Shown: in pieces, positions 26,781 to 36,173 of the stretch | How the letters are laid out: each line of letters begins with the position of its first letter | Position numbering within the stretch: position 1 is the stretch's first letter | Origin: Chloroflexota bacterium | Lineage (GTDB): Bacteria > Chloroflexota > Dehalococcoidia > Tepidiformales > Tepidiformaceae | Reading direction: 5' to 3' | Assembly: GCA_016234445.1 (NCBI GenBank) | Contig: JACRBT010000008.1 | Location: 9,109-73,108 of the forward strand | Length of the DNA stretch: 64,000 nt | Made by a program: the position numbers and the translations under genes | Notes under the pieces: model-generated | Database searches by the model: none | The model's input: the letters and a program-made list of their open reading frames with translations, nothing else | Told to the model about the DNA's origin: nothing

Positions 26781-27308
26781 TCAGTTCATCGCCTCGATCT
26801 TCTTCACCGGGGCGGTGACTTCGATCTTCCCGGACTTCTCGAACGTCAGCGTCAGCTTCACCTGCTGGCCTTCCTTCAAAGGCGAGGCGAGGTTCATGAG
26901 CATGATGTGGTAGCCGCCCGGCTTCAGGACCAGTTCGCCGCCCGCCGGGATCTCCAGGGGCGCCTTCACCGCCTGCATCTTGGCCGTGCCGCCCTCCATC
27001 ACCATCTCGTGGACTTCCACCTTCGTGCTCACGTCCGCCGTGACCGAAAGCAGCCTGTCCGTGGCGTCGCCGGTGTTCTTCACCGTGAAATAGGCCGCGC
27101 TGACGTCGTTCGTCGTGTCCCGCGCCCGCGGGTCGATAATCTGGAGCTTCGCCACCTGGCCCTGTGTCGGGCTCGCCGCCACGGTTGGGCTCGCCGTCCC
27201 GGCGCCGTCCCCGTCATCGTCGTCGTCGTCACCGCACGCCACCAGGGCCACCGCCGCGACCGCCGCCACGCCCAGCATCACCAGGCCACTCCACCGTTTC
27301 CAGTCCAT
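26781..27308 (-). CDS. Copper chaperone PCu(A)C lipoprotein
   Basis: Lipobox LVAC followed by a poly-Asp linker. The copper motif reads VHEMVMEGGTAKMQ...GGYHIMLM. Confidence 0.8.
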   Translation of the reverse strand: MDWKRWSGLVMLGVAAVAAVALVACGDDDDDDGDGAGTASPTVAASPTQGQVAKLQIIDPRARDTTNDVSAAYFTVKNTGDATDRLLSVTADVSTKVEVHEMVMEGGTAKMQAVKAPLEIPAGGELVLKPGGYHIMLMNLASPLKEGQQVKLTLTFEKSGKIEVTAPVKKIEAMN

Positions 27309-27337
27309 GTTTCCCCCCCGAGGTTTTCTTCCAGGAT

Positions 27338-27979
27338 TTACTTCCAGGTTTCGTTGACGAGCATCGGGAGGTCATGCTTCCAGTCGTCCTGCGTGATCCC
27401 GAATGGGTACACAAGCCTGCCCGTGTTGTCCTTCGTATAGGCGATGGCATAGGCGGCGTGAGAGACCGCGTAGTTGCCCTCGCCAAGGTCGGTCCGCTGG
27501 GGCGTCCCCATCAGCAGCTGCTTCAGAAGGTCCGAGATCTGGCGGCTGTCGCCGGACAACCCGATGAAGGTCGTGTCGAAGTGGTCCAGCCACTTGCGGA
27601 TGACTTCCGGCGTGTCGCGGTCCGGGTCCGCCGTCGCGAACACCACCTTGATCTGCGACCGCTGCTTCTCGGTGAGGGTCTTCAGCACCTCGGAGATGTC
27701 GTACATCGTCGTCGGGCAGATGTCCGGGCAGTGCGTGTAGCCCACGTACAGGATCGTGAGGAAGCCCTCCGTGTCCTTGCGGATGTCGAAGGGCCTCCCC
27801 TCGGTGTCGGTGAGGACGAGGTCCGGTTTTTCGAAGAAGGGCGTGACCTGGGCGCCAAGATAGTCGTCGATGCTGGAGGCGCCGCCGCCCTCGTCGCCGT
27901 CGTCGCCGCCGCAAGCCGCGGCGGCGAAACCCGCCAGGGCCAAGAGGAGGAAGACAAGGCCCGGGCGGATAGTTCTCAT
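27338..27979 (-). CDS. SCO1/SenC copper-binding thioredoxin-like lipoprotein
   Basis: ATG 27979, lipobox AAAC and the CPDICP motif. It lies adjacent to PCuAC. Confidence 0.8.
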   Translation of the reverse strand: MRTIRPGLVFLLLALAGFAAAACGGDDGDEGGGASSIDDYLGAQVTPFFEKPDLVLTDTEGRPFDIRKDTEGFLTILYVGYTHCPDICPTTMYDISEVLKTLTEKQRSQIKVVFATADPDRDTPEVIRKWLDHFDTTFIGLSGDSRQISDLLKQLLMGTPQRTDLGEGNYAVSHAAYAIAYTKDNTGRLVYPFGITQDDWKHDLPMLVNETWK

Positions 27980-28166
27980 GCTCCCAAGGTACCCTGTCTG
28001 TGGCTGGCGCGCAGGACCAATGGGGTACTCAGAAGGGGCCGATCGGCCGTCGACGCCCGTCGAAAGCCGCTCCTTAACGTCGTCTGAACCGATTGTGCGA
28101 AAAAGCACAATAGGCTCGGCGCCGGCCGGGATTCGGCCTCCCGCCCACCCGCCGTATCATCGAACC

Positions 28167-28898
28167 GTGCGCATCCTCCATCTCGGCAACAGCAACGACG
28201 TCAACCCGCTCGTCCCCGAAGGCGAGCGCGCCCACGACGTCGCCGAAAGGACTATCACTGGCCTCACCGGGGAAGCCGTCGAGACGATCGCGCGGGTCAT
28301 CTGGCCCGCCGCCGAACTCCCCGGCATCGTCGCCGGCTGGCTCGAACGCTACGAACCGGACGTCGTCTTCCTCCGTATGTCGTCCTACTGGGTCACCTAC
28401 GAATCCGTCCCCCTGCGCGTCGAACGCCGCGGCGGCATCGTCGGGAGGGCCCTGGCGCGAGCCGGTTTCAAGGCCGGCGGCAACGCGACCGTTGCATCCA
28501 GTTCTCCCTTCCGCTTCGGCCGGCGGATGGCCGCCCGCAACGTCGGTGGCGACACGTTCTTCACCCCCGCCGAAGCCGCCGGGCACGTGAGCGACGTCCT
28601 CCGCCGGGTCCTCGCGCGCGAATCGGTCGTCGTCGCCGTGCGCGGGCCCCTCCACATCTTCAACTCCTCGGGGACGCCCGAAGGCCGCGAACGCTCCCGC
28701 CGCCGCCTCTTCGAATTCGACGCCCTTGTGGCCGAAGCCTGCCGCAACCTCCACGTCCCCTACGCCAGCGTTGCCGGCACCGCCACGCCCGACCTCCTCC
28801 TCCCGGACGAAGTCCACGAGAACGCCAAGGGCGCGCGCATCTTCGGCGAACTCGAAGGCCGCGCCGTCGCCGAAGCCTGGCTCGCCGCCCGCCGCTAA
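28167..28898 (+). CDS. SGNH/GDSL-like hydrolase family protein (paralogue B)
   Basis: GTG 28167 within ORF 27870..28898. It has ILHLGNSN and a C-terminal DEVHENAKG, and is colinear with 19442..20230. Confidence 0.6.
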   Translation: MRILHLGNSNDVNPLVPEGERAHDVAERTITGLTGEAVETIARVIWPAAELPGIVAGWLERYEPDVVFLRMSSYWVTYESVPLRVERRGGIVGRALARAGFKAGGNATVASSSPFRFGRRMAARNVGGDTFFTPAEAAGHVSDVLRRVLARESVVVAVRGPLHIFNSSGTPEGRERSRRRLFEFDALVAEACRNLHVPYASVAGTATPDLLLPDEVHENAKGARIFGELEGRAVAEAWLAARR

Positions 28899-28908
28899 CG
28901 AGAGCCGG

Positions 28909-29733
28909 CTACCCCATGCCCCAGCGGATCGCGTTCCGGAGCAGCGTCGCGTAGGCCGCCGTCTCCCACGGCCCCCGGAGCACCGGCGGCGTCTTGCCCT
29001 CCGGGTCCACGCTCACGTCCACGAACGGCTGACTGTTCGTCGCGGGCGTGTGGCAATGCCCGGGCGCGATGTAGGCCACGCCGCCCTCCCCGACCTCGCG
29101 TGTGTAGCCCAGTACCCGCGTCTTCCCATCGGCCTGGAGCGACGTGTCCTTGTCGTAGACGAAGCCGAAGCCCGGCGGCGAAGGGTCCGCGCCGACCGAG
29201 GCCGTCGTCAGCACCACCTCCGAGGCCGCCGGGTCCTGGACCTCGATCATGTAAAGCTCGTCCACGATCTCGAACGAGGGCGGGAGGTCCTTCGTCAGCG
29301 GGTGGGGCCGTTCGCTCACGTCCACCGTGAACTTCCGCACGGGCGGGTGGTTGATGAAGAAGCCCCCGAGGGTCTCGTGGAAGGAGCCCTTCAGCATCGC
29401 CCGGCGCCGCCCGCTTTCGCCGACGCGCACCGCCCGGCCACCGCTGGTGCCGTGGAGCCCGAGCCAGTGGCCGCCGTTCACCAGCCAGTCCCGGATGGCG
29501 CGATTCTGGTCCTCGTCCGGGAAGGGGCCGGCCGTGTAGGTGATCAGCAGCCGGCTGCGGTCGAGCCACTTGCCGACATCCGAGAAGTCGTTGCCGACGC
29601 TCGCCGGGACCTCCATCTCCGCGAGGAACTGGAGCAGCCGCAGCCGGGCGTAGTCGTGGTCGTGGCCCGCGGGCTGCCCCGGCGGGAACCCCCCGGTGAT
29701 GACGTGGGCGCGCGACGGCATGGCGTTCGGCAT
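28909..29733 (-). CDS. ThuA-like (class I glutamine-amidotransferase-like fold) protein
   Basis: ATG 29733 within ORF 28909..30090. Overall it resembles ThuA-domain proteins (LLITYTAG...WLVNGGHWLGLHG). The call is tentative. Confidence 0.5.
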   Translation of the reverse strand: MPNAMPSRAHVITGGFPPGQPAGHDHDYARLRLLQFLAEMEVPASVGNDFSDVGKWLDRSRLLITYTAGPFPDEDQNRAIRDWLVNGGHWLGLHGTSGGRAVRVGESGRRRAMLKGSFHETLGGFFINHPPVRKFTVDVSERPHPLTKDLPPSFEIVDELYMIEVQDPAASEVVLTTASVGADPSPPGFGFVYDKDTSLQADGKTRVLGYTREVGEGGVAYIAPGHCHTPATNSQPFVDVSVDPEGKTPPVLRGPWETAAYATLLRNAIRWGMG

Positions 29734-29792
29734 GGCTGGCCCTCCTGCGACCCGTAGCCTATCCCGCCCGCCGACCGCTGGAAAGCAGCGCC

Positions 29793-31088
29793 CTACCCCT
29801 GCGCCCCCACGACTCCCGCTGCCCGCATCGCCGCCACTTCGCCCGCGCCGAAGCCCACCTCCGCCAGGACCTCGTCCGTGTGCTCGTCGAGGATTGGTGG
29901 CTGCAGGCCGATCCGCGTCGGCGTCCGGTCCATCCGGAGCGCCGGCCCAAACGTCTTGTACGGCCCGAGCAACGGGTGCTCCATCTCCACGACGAAGCCG
30001 TTCTCCAGCAGCTGCGGGTCCTCCATCGCGTCCGGCGGGAAGTTCAGCCAGCCGCAGGGCACCCCGCCCGCCCGCAGCGTGGCGACCCACTCGTCCGTCG
30101 TCTTCGTCCGGAAAAGCGCCTCCACCTCCCGCACGAGCGCGACCAGCCGCGCGTGCGCGTCTTCGGCCCCGAGGTCGAACCCCGGCTGCGTGCGCGGGTC
30201 GACGATCCCCGTGACCGCCCGGAAGCGGGCGTTCAGCTGCGGGCTCAGGCAGCCCACGGAGACGAAGCCGTCCTTCGACTGGTAGTGCCGGAAGTAAATG
30301 TTGGCGAAGCCGCCGCGGGTGTAGTTCCGCTCCCAGATCGCGCGCTGCTCGTTAAAGTCGGCCCCGCGCGAACGGGCGGCGGCCATCTCCGCCCGGTAGT
30401 TCTCCGCCACCGGTGGGTCCGTCGCCCCGAACCAGCTCAGGAGCTGATGGCCCAGCGCCATCGCCGTCCCCAGCAGCGACGTCTCCACGCGCTGACCTTC
30501 GCCGGTCAGGTCACGATGCCGCAGGGCGGCGACGATCCCGAGGGCCGAGAACGCGCCCGTCCCCATGTCGTTGAAGGCCGGCCGGATGTTGATCGGCACC
30601 CCATCCCGCTCGCGCGCCGCCAGCACCGACGTCCCCGAGAGCGCCTGCACGACGACGTCGTAGCCCGGTTCGCCGCCGAGCGGGCCGTTCTTCCCCAGGG
30701 GAACGTGTTCGAGGTAGATCACCCGCGGGTTGATCGCCGCGAGGTCGTCGTAGCCCAGGCGGTAGCGCGGCAGGTCGGCCGGCTTCATCGAGACCATCAC
30801 GACATCGGCCCAGCCCACCAGCCGCTCGATCACCGGCCGGGCGTCCTCCCGCGTGACGTCGAGGCAGATCGTCCGCTTGCCCCGGTTCACGAGCGTGAAA
30901 CCCTTGCTTTCGCCCGGCAGGATCGGCTCCATCGTGTGGCGGATGCCGTCGCCCATGGGCGGCTCCACCTTGACGACGTCCGCCCCCATGTCGGCGAGCA
31001 GCACCCCCGCGAACGGGATCGCCAGCGCCTGGGCGATTTCCAGCACCCTCACGCCAGCCAGCGCCCCCGGCAGTTCGTTTTCGGTCAT
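29793..31088 (-). CDS. Family III CoA-transferase (CaiB/BaiF)
   Basis: LAGVRVLEIAQALAIPFAGVLLADMGADVVKVEPP and a catalytic Asp context GYDVVVQALSG. Confidence 0.85.
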   Translation of the reverse strand: MTENELPGALAGVRVLEIAQALAIPFAGVLLADMGADVVKVEPPMGDGIRHTMEPILPGESKGFTLVNRGKRTICLDVTREDARPVIERLVGWADVVMVSMKPADLPRYRLGYDDLAAINPRVIYLEHVPLGKNGPLGGEPGYDVVVQALSGTSVLAARERDGVPINIRPAFNDMGTGAFSALGIVAALRHRDLTGEGQRVETSLLGTAMALGHQLLSWFGATDPPVAENYRAEMAAARSRGADFNEQRAIWERNYTRGGFANIYFRHYQSKDGFVSVGCLSPQLNARFRAVTGIVDPRTQPGFDLGAEDAHARLVALVREVEALFRTKTTDEWVATLRAGGVPCGWLNFPPDAMEDPQLLENGFVVEMEHPLLGPYKTFGPALRMDRTPTRIGLQPPILDEHTDEVLAEVGFGAGEVAAMRAAGVVGAQG

Positions 31089-31128
31089 GGCGACCGAGCA
31101 TACAGGAGCGGTCGCCGTGATCGAAAAC

Positions 31129-31157
31129 GGGCCCCGTCCTGCTTGAGGACGAGGCCC
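31129..31157 (-). terminator. Hairpin followed by GTTTTCG downstream of the acyl-CoA dehydrogenase gene (terminator or attenuator)
   Basis: The minus strand reads GGGCCTCGTCCT-caagc-AGGACGGGGCCC then GTTTTCGATC. It lies between the ACAD stop (31188) and the CoA-transferase start (31088). Confidence 0.4.
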
Positions 31158-31187
31158 GCATCCGTGATTCCTCGTTCGCCTTCGCGG

Positions 31188-32363
31188 CTACCCCCGCGGC
31201 AGGCCCAGGCCGCGCGTCGCGACGATGCCGCGCTGGACTTCGCTCGTCCCCCCGGCGATGGTCGACGCCACCGTCTGGAGGTAGCTCCCGGAGGCCCGGG
31301 CCTTCATCGGCGCCGTCTTCGGGTCCCGAAGCTGACCGTGCGTCCCCAGCAGCTTCATCGCCGTCCGCGCGATCCGCTGGCTCAGTTCGGTGTTGAACAG
31401 CTTCGCGATCGAGGCCTCGTGGTTCGGGACCCGGCCCGAAGCCTGGAGCGTCACCACGTGGTAGCTCAGCATCTTCGCCGTCCCCGCCTCAATCCAGCGG
31501 TCCGCGAACTCCCCGCGCCAGGTCCGGGTACTGTTCACCACGGGCTCGTTTGCGTGCTCCTTCGCGTAGCGGATGTAGTACTCCAGCGTCTGGCGCTGCC
31601 CCACCGCATTGCCGATCATCGAGCGTTCGAAGTCGAGCGTCGTCGTGCCGATGTACCAGCCGCGGTTCACTTCGCCGAGGACGTTCCGCTGGGGCACCCG
31701 CACGTCTTCGAAGAAGACCTCGTTGAAGGCGTGGCCGTCGGCCATGTTGATGAGCGGCCGCACCGTGACGCCCGGTGACTTCATGTCCATGAGGAAGTAG
31801 GTGATCCCGCGATGCTTCGGCGCGTCCGGGTCGGTGCGGGCGAGCATGAACATCATGTCGGCCATGTGCGCGCCCGAGGTCCAGATCTTCTGGCCGTTGA
31901 TCACCCAGTCGTCGCCGTCGCGGACCGCGCGGGTCTGGAGCGAGGCGAGGTCCGAACCCGAACCCGGCTCGCTGTAGCCCTGGCACCAGCGCACCTCGCC
32001 GCGAAGGATGGCGCCCAGGTGCTCCTTCTTCTGGTCCTCGTTGCCGTGGATGATGATCGTCGGGCCGATCATGCTCGTGCCCATGCCGCCGGGGTTCATC
32101 ACCCGCGCCTCGGCGAACTCCTCGTTCAGGATGAACTGCTCCATCACCCCGAGGCCGGCGCCGCCGTACTCCTTCGGCCAGGCCGGGGCGATCCAGCCCT
32201 TCGCCGCGAGCTTGCCCCGCCACTGCTTGAACGCGGAACTCTCCGGGCCTTCTTCCATCGTTGGCGGCGCACCGTCGCCATCGGCGCCCGGCCGCTCGGC
32301 CTTGATGAACGAATGCACTTCCTTGCGCCACGCGCCCTGGGACTCCGTATCGCGAAACTCCAT
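31188..32363 (-). CDS. Acyl-CoA dehydrogenase
   Basis: 391 aa with CQGYSEPGSGSDLASL, INGQKIWTSG and a C-terminal GGTSEVQRGIVA. Confidence 0.85.
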   Translation of the reverse strand: MEFRDTESQGAWRKEVHSFIKAERPGADGDGAPPTMEEGPESSAFKQWRGKLAAKGWIAPAWPKEYGGAGLGVMEQFILNEEFAEARVMNPGGMGTSMIGPTIIIHGNEDQKKEHLGAILRGEVRWCQGYSEPGSGSDLASLQTRAVRDGDDWVINGQKIWTSGAHMADMMFMLARTDPDAPKHRGITYFLMDMKSPGVTVRPLINMADGHAFNEVFFEDVRVPQRNVLGEVNRGWYIGTTTLDFERSMIGNAVGQRQTLEYYIRYAKEHANEPVVNSTRTWRGEFADRWIEAGTAKMLSYHVVTLQASGRVPNHEASIAKLFNTELSQRIARTAMKLLGTHGQLRDPKTAPMKARASGSYLQTVASTIAGGTSEVQRGIVATRGLGLPRG

Positions 32364-32418
32364 GATTGCTCTCTCCGGTTCGAACTCGTTGCGCCGCCAC
32401 TATACCCTAACGCGAGCG

Positions 32419-32964
32419 TCAGTGTAGTGGTTCGGCGTTCGACGCCATCTCGCCCCCCCGGACCACGAACACGCGGCGGCATTCGCGGCCCTCCGCCATC
32501 GCACAGTGCGCCGGCGGCAGGGTGTCTTCGGCCAGCGGCAGCCCGAGCGCGTCGTGCCACCCCTGCACGCGGTCGAACACCGCGCAGTCGTAGCTCCCGG
32601 CGATCCCGGCCCGCTGGATGTTCTCCGCCACGAAGCAGCGGCTCACCGTCACCTCGTAGCTCCGTTCGTCGATGGCGCGCGTCGCCATCTCCATGAGCGG
32701 CGGCGCCACGTACAGTTGCCGGCCCGCCTCCAGGCAGTCGAGGAACTCCCCGACGCCAGAGACGGAGTCCTTGCCGAGCGCCCGCGCCAGCCGCCCGGTC
32801 TCCACCTGGCCGATCTCGCGGACGATCCGGCGGTTGAGCCGGTTCGCCGCCTCCATCCCGAACTCCCCGGCGACCGCGGCGAACCAGCGCGCGTCGTGGG
32901 AATACCACGTCTTCCGCAGCAGGTCCTCGCGTTCCCCGGGCGACAGCGTTCGCTCCCCGATCAT
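32419..32964 (-). CDS. Conserved hypothetical protein (operon partner of the TetR gene and ACAD)
   Basis: ATG 32964 overlaps the TetR stop (ATGA). 181 aa with several Cys (CLEAGR, SRCFVAEN, YDCAVFD, AHCAMAEGRECRR). No family could be assigned. Confidence 0.5.
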   Translation of the reverse strand: MIGERTLSPGEREDLLRKTWYSHDARWFAAVAGEFGMEAANRLNRRIVREIGQVETGRLARALGKDSVSGVGEFLDCLEAGRQLYVAPPLMEMATRAIDERSYEVTVSRCFVAENIQRAGIAGSYDCAVFDRVQGWHDALGLPLAEDTLPPAHCAMAEGRECRRVFVVRGGEMASNAEPLH

Positions 32965-33578
32965 CCCGAAACCTCCTTTGCGCGAATCGAGTCGAGGTAG
33001 AGCCTGCCCCATGCCTCTACCTTTTCGCGGTTGAGTTCGTCGTCCAGGCCAAGGTGGTGGACGAGGTCGAAGGTCAGGCCGATGGCCATGAAGTGCCACG
33101 CCGCGATCCGGGCGTCGATGTCGTCGCGGACCACCCCTGCCGCCTGGCCGGTCGCCAGCTGCCGTTCGAGCAGCCCGACGATGCCGGTGTAGTTCCCCGC
33201 GATCACCTCCCGGACCTCCGGGTCGGAGACGTCGCCGAGCGCCTGGAACCAGAGGCTGGCATAGGGCGCGCGCGTCTGGACGTGGTCGTAGTAGTCGAGG
33301 CCGACCTTCCAGGCCGCTTCGAGGGGGTCGCCGGACGTGGCCGCGGTGCCATTCCAGATCGCCTGGAGACGGGGACCGGCGTCCCGCAGCGCCGCGAGGT
33401 AGAGGTCGCGTTTGCTCGGGAAGTGGCGATAGATCGCCGAGGGCGCGACGCCCGCCGCCCGGGCGACGTCCTCCGCCCCCGCGTTGGCGTACCCCTCGGC
33501 GGCAAAGACCGCCTGCGCGCTCTCAAGGATCTCGCGCTTCCGTTCGTCCGCCGGCCGTTTCGCTGCTCGTTGCTTCAC
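32961..33578 (-). CDS. TetR/AcrR family transcriptional regulator
   Basis: The N-terminal HTH reads REILESAQAVFAAEGYANAGAEDVARAAGVAPSAIYRHFPSKRDLY. The start is GTG at 33578. Confidence 0.85.
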   Translation of the reverse strand: MKQRAAKRPADERKREILESAQAVFAAEGYANAGAEDVARAAGVAPSAIYRHFPSKRDLYLAALRDAGPRLQAIWNGTAATSGDPLEAAWKVGLDYYDHVQTRAPYASLWFQALGDVSDPEVREVIAGNYTGIVGLLERQLATGQAAGVVRDDIDARIAAWHFMAIGLTFDLVHHLGLDDELNREKVEAWGRLYLDSIRAKEVSG

Positions 33579-33585
33579 GTAGTGA

Positions 33586-33614
33586 ACAGTAATTCTCTAT
33601 TCTCTGCGTGTCAA
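33586..33614 (-). promoter_or_regulatory. Putative sigma-70-type promoter giving a leaderless or near-leaderless tetR transcript
   Basis: The minus strand reads TTGACA-17 nt-TACTGT, then 7 nt to the GTG start. It sits in a locally A/T-rich patch. Confidence 0.4.
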
Positions 33615-33640
33615 GGGCCGTGGTAGCGGCGGCCGTGCCT

Positions 33641-34078
33641 GGTAGCCGCGCCCGACCGTGGGCGCATCGCCGGGCGCACCGTTCGCCGTGCCACGACTGT
33701 GAAGGAGTGGTTCGTCGCCTGCCCACCATCTCCCGGGACTGGGCGCCAATGGCGCAGCGGCGCCGCCACCAGGGTGATGAGACCACCGCCGCCGCTCCTT
33801 CCCAGCGCGATCGGGCTGTGCCCGGTGTTGAGGGCAGGAACTCAGCGTTTGTTCCTTAGCAGTCGCGGTACGGATGGACGGCCCCGGCACGCAGGTAGCC
33901 GCGCCCCACCGGGGGCGCATCGCCGGGCGCACGGTTCGCCGTGCCACGACTGTGAAGGAGTGGTTCGTCGCCTGCCCGCCATCTATCGAGACCGGGAGCC
34001 AATGGCGCAGCGGCACCGCCACGAGGGCGATGGAGCCACCGACGCCGCTCCTTCCCAGTCGCGGTACGGACGGACGGC
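33641..34078 (+). repeat. Tandem duplication of a 165-nt structured intergenic element (possible ncRNA)
   Basis: Units 33641-33805 and 33894-34058 differ at 16 of 165 positions by hand alignment. A shared tail tcgcggtacgga(t/c)ggacgg occurs at 33862-33881 and 34059-34078. Unit 1 carries a 56-nt insertion containing the hairpin AGGAAC/GTTCCT. Confidence 0.7.
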
Positions 34079-34100
34079 GGGCGCGCCCCGCCCCCCTACC

Positions 34101-35768
34101 TCACCGCCAGGAGAACCCCTCCACCACGATCGCGCCGGTCGGGCAGGCGCCGAAACAGCGCCCGCAGCGGATGCACGCTTCGCCCTGGATCTGGTAGACC
34201 AGCACGTCGCCGATGCCCTCGATCTCGTGGACGTTGCCGCTTTCGTCGATCGCGACGCGCGAGATGCAGTCGGCGGGGCAGACGAGCGCGCAGGCCTGGC
34301 AGGCGGTGCACTTGTCGAAGATGACTTCCGGGACCAGCCCGCAGTAGAGGCAGCGGAGCCCTTCTGCCATCGCCGCGGCCTTCGTCAGAGGCGCCTCAAC
34401 CTCGTCGTCGAGCCCGAGGCCGTTCTTGCCGCCGCGCGCCCGGCGGACCTCGATCGAGGGTGCGCTCTCGACCGTCTGGAGCCCGGCGGGGTCGGATTCG
34501 GGCCAGCCGCCGTCCGGTGACCACGTCTCCCGGAGGTAGCGGTGGATCGCCTCGGCCGCGGTCTTCCCGTCGGCCACCGCCTCGATGATCGTCGAAGCCC
34601 CCCGGATGAAATCGCCGCCGGCGAAGACGCCCGGGACGGCGGTCATCATCGCCTCGTCCGTCTGCGGCGGCTTCTGGCCCAGGTTCGGGTCGACGCGCTC
34701 CGGGTCCGGCGCCTGCCCAAGCGCGAGGACCACCATGTCGGCTTCGAAGACGAATTCGCTCCCGGGGATCGGCACCGGCCGCGCCCGCCCCGACGAATCC
34801 TTCTCCCCCAGCCGGTTGCGGACGAACTCCATGCCCGCCGCCCGGCCGTCCGCCCCAGCCACGATCCGCATCGGCGAAACCAGGTACTCGATCCGGACAC
34901 CTTCGTGGAGGGTCTCGTCCAGCTCTTCGTCGTGGACCTCGGTCTCGCTCCGGGTGCGGCGGTAGAGCACAGTGACGGTCTCGGCGCCCAGGCGAAGGGC
35001 CGTCCGGGCGGCGTCCATCGCCGTGTAGCCGCCACCGATCACGGCAACGTGGCGGCCACACTCGGGGTGCCCACCAAGGTTCGCCTCCTCCAGGAACGGG
35101 AGCGCCTGGACCACGCCCGGGATGCGCGCGTTGAGGACGTCGAGGTCGTTCGGGCGCATCGCCCCGGCGGCGATGAAGACGGCGTGGTTGTCCCGCCGCA
35201 GCTGTTCCAGGGTCACGTCGGCGCCCACGCGGACGCCCGTCTTGATGGTCACGCCCAGCTCTTCGATGGCAGCGACGTCGCGGGCGATGGCGCCCTGGGC
35301 CAGCCGGAAGCGGGGCACGCCGAGCATCGCCATCCCGCCCGGTTCGGGCGCGGCTTCGAGGATGGTGACTTCGTGCCCGCGGAGTGCCAGCTCGTGCGCC
35401 GCGGAAAGCCCGGCCGGCCCCGCGCCGATGATCGCGACCCGGAGGCCGGTGGATGGCCCTGGCGCACCAGGCGCGGCGTGGTTCACGTAGCGGTCGCTGA
35501 GGAAGCGCTTCAGCTGGCGAATCCGGATGGGGCGGTCCATCTCCGCGCGGGTGCAGACGTCCTCGCAGGGGGCGCTGCAGGCCCGCCCGCAAATCGACGG
35601 CAGCGGGTTCGGCGCGCTGGCCGCCCGGAAGGCCTGTTCGAATCGGCCCTTCGCGGTGAGGGTGACATACGCCCGGGCGTCGGTGTGCACCGGGCAGGCG
35701 GCCTGGCAGGGGGCGGGATAGAGCTTCCCCCAGGCGGCGAGTTGTTCGTGGGCCTTGAGCTTCGGCAT
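34101..35768 (-). CDS. GltD-like NAD(P)H-dependent FAD oxidoreductase with N-terminal Fe-S region and C-terminal 2x[4Fe-4S] ferredoxin domain
   Basis: CQAACPVH..CGRACSAPCEDVC, dinucleotide folds VAIIGAGPAGLSAA and VAVIGGGYTAMDAA, and C-terminal CTACQACALVCP and CIRCGRCFGACP. ATG 35768. Confidence 0.8.
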   Translation of the reverse strand: MPKLKAHEQLAAWGKLYPAPCQAACPVHTDARAYVTLTAKGRFEQAFRAASAPNPLPSICGRACSAPCEDVCTRAEMDRPIRIRQLKRFLSDRYVNHAAPGAPGPSTGLRVAIIGAGPAGLSAAHELALRGHEVTILEAAPEPGGMAMLGVPRFRLAQGAIARDVAAIEELGVTIKTGVRVGADVTLEQLRRDNHAVFIAAGAMRPNDLDVLNARIPGVVQALPFLEEANLGGHPECGRHVAVIGGGYTAMDAARTALRLGAETVTVLYRRTRSETEVHDEELDETLHEGVRIEYLVSPMRIVAGADGRAAGMEFVRNRLGEKDSSGRARPVPIPGSEFVFEADMVVLALGQAPDPERVDPNLGQKPPQTDEAMMTAVPGVFAGGDFIRGASTIIEAVADGKTAAEAIHRYLRETWSPDGGWPESDPAGLQTVESAPSIEVRRARGGKNGLGLDDEVEAPLTKAAAMAEGLRCLYCGLVPEVIFDKCTACQACALVCPADCISRVAIDESGNVHEIEGIGDVLVYQIQGEACIRCGRCFGACPTGAIVVEGFSWR

Positions 35769-36173
35769 CGCGGCTGCCTCCATCCGCGGCACGCGCGACC
35801 ATCCCGGTCACGGGCTGCGCTGGGCGACAATCACCCCCGCCGCGCCCCCGCCGCTATGACGTAGATCACAGAGGGGCTCGCACCGGGGCGCTTGTGTCCA
35901 TCGTTCCCCGAAATGGGGGATACTGGTTCAAGCGCGCCAGCAACAGCTTGCCCGCCACGCCAACGCCGGTAGGCCAACGACGATGCCGAGAACCAAGAGA
36001 GCGAAAGCCACCGAGAGCCCCATCGCCCGCCGCCGCAAGAAGGGACGAAGGATCGCGGACGTCGTCGGGACGCTTCCGCCGCTCGACGTCCCGGTAGAGG
36101 AAATGGGCCGCATTGCCAGGGAAGACCGCATCCGCGAACTCCCCCGGATCGAGCCCTAAGGCGCCTGCTCAGC

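Noticed and set aside
32361-32420. tRNA-like GGTTCGAAC motif between the ACAD gene and the upstream gene
   Set aside because: The intergenic space is only about 55 nt, and no acceptor or anticodon arms can be drawn.
33641-34078. Riboswitch interpretation (cobalamin, ZTP or SAM-I) of the duplicated element
   Set aside because: There are only partial resemblances: GCCAC..CUG..GAAGG and ..GCCUGCC for B12, and GGGACUGGGCG for ZTP/SAM. Core elements such as GGUGNNAAUCC are missing. No co-directional downstream gene exists on the plus strand. On the minus strand the next gene is a TetR regulator with its own promoter.
35894-36131. Small ORFs between the gltD-like gene and dnaK (67 aa on each strand, one with a TM-like segment)
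   Set aside because: They are mutually antisense, have no RBS or conserved motif, and have an Arg/Ser/Pro-rich composition. The evidence is insufficient to call either a gene.
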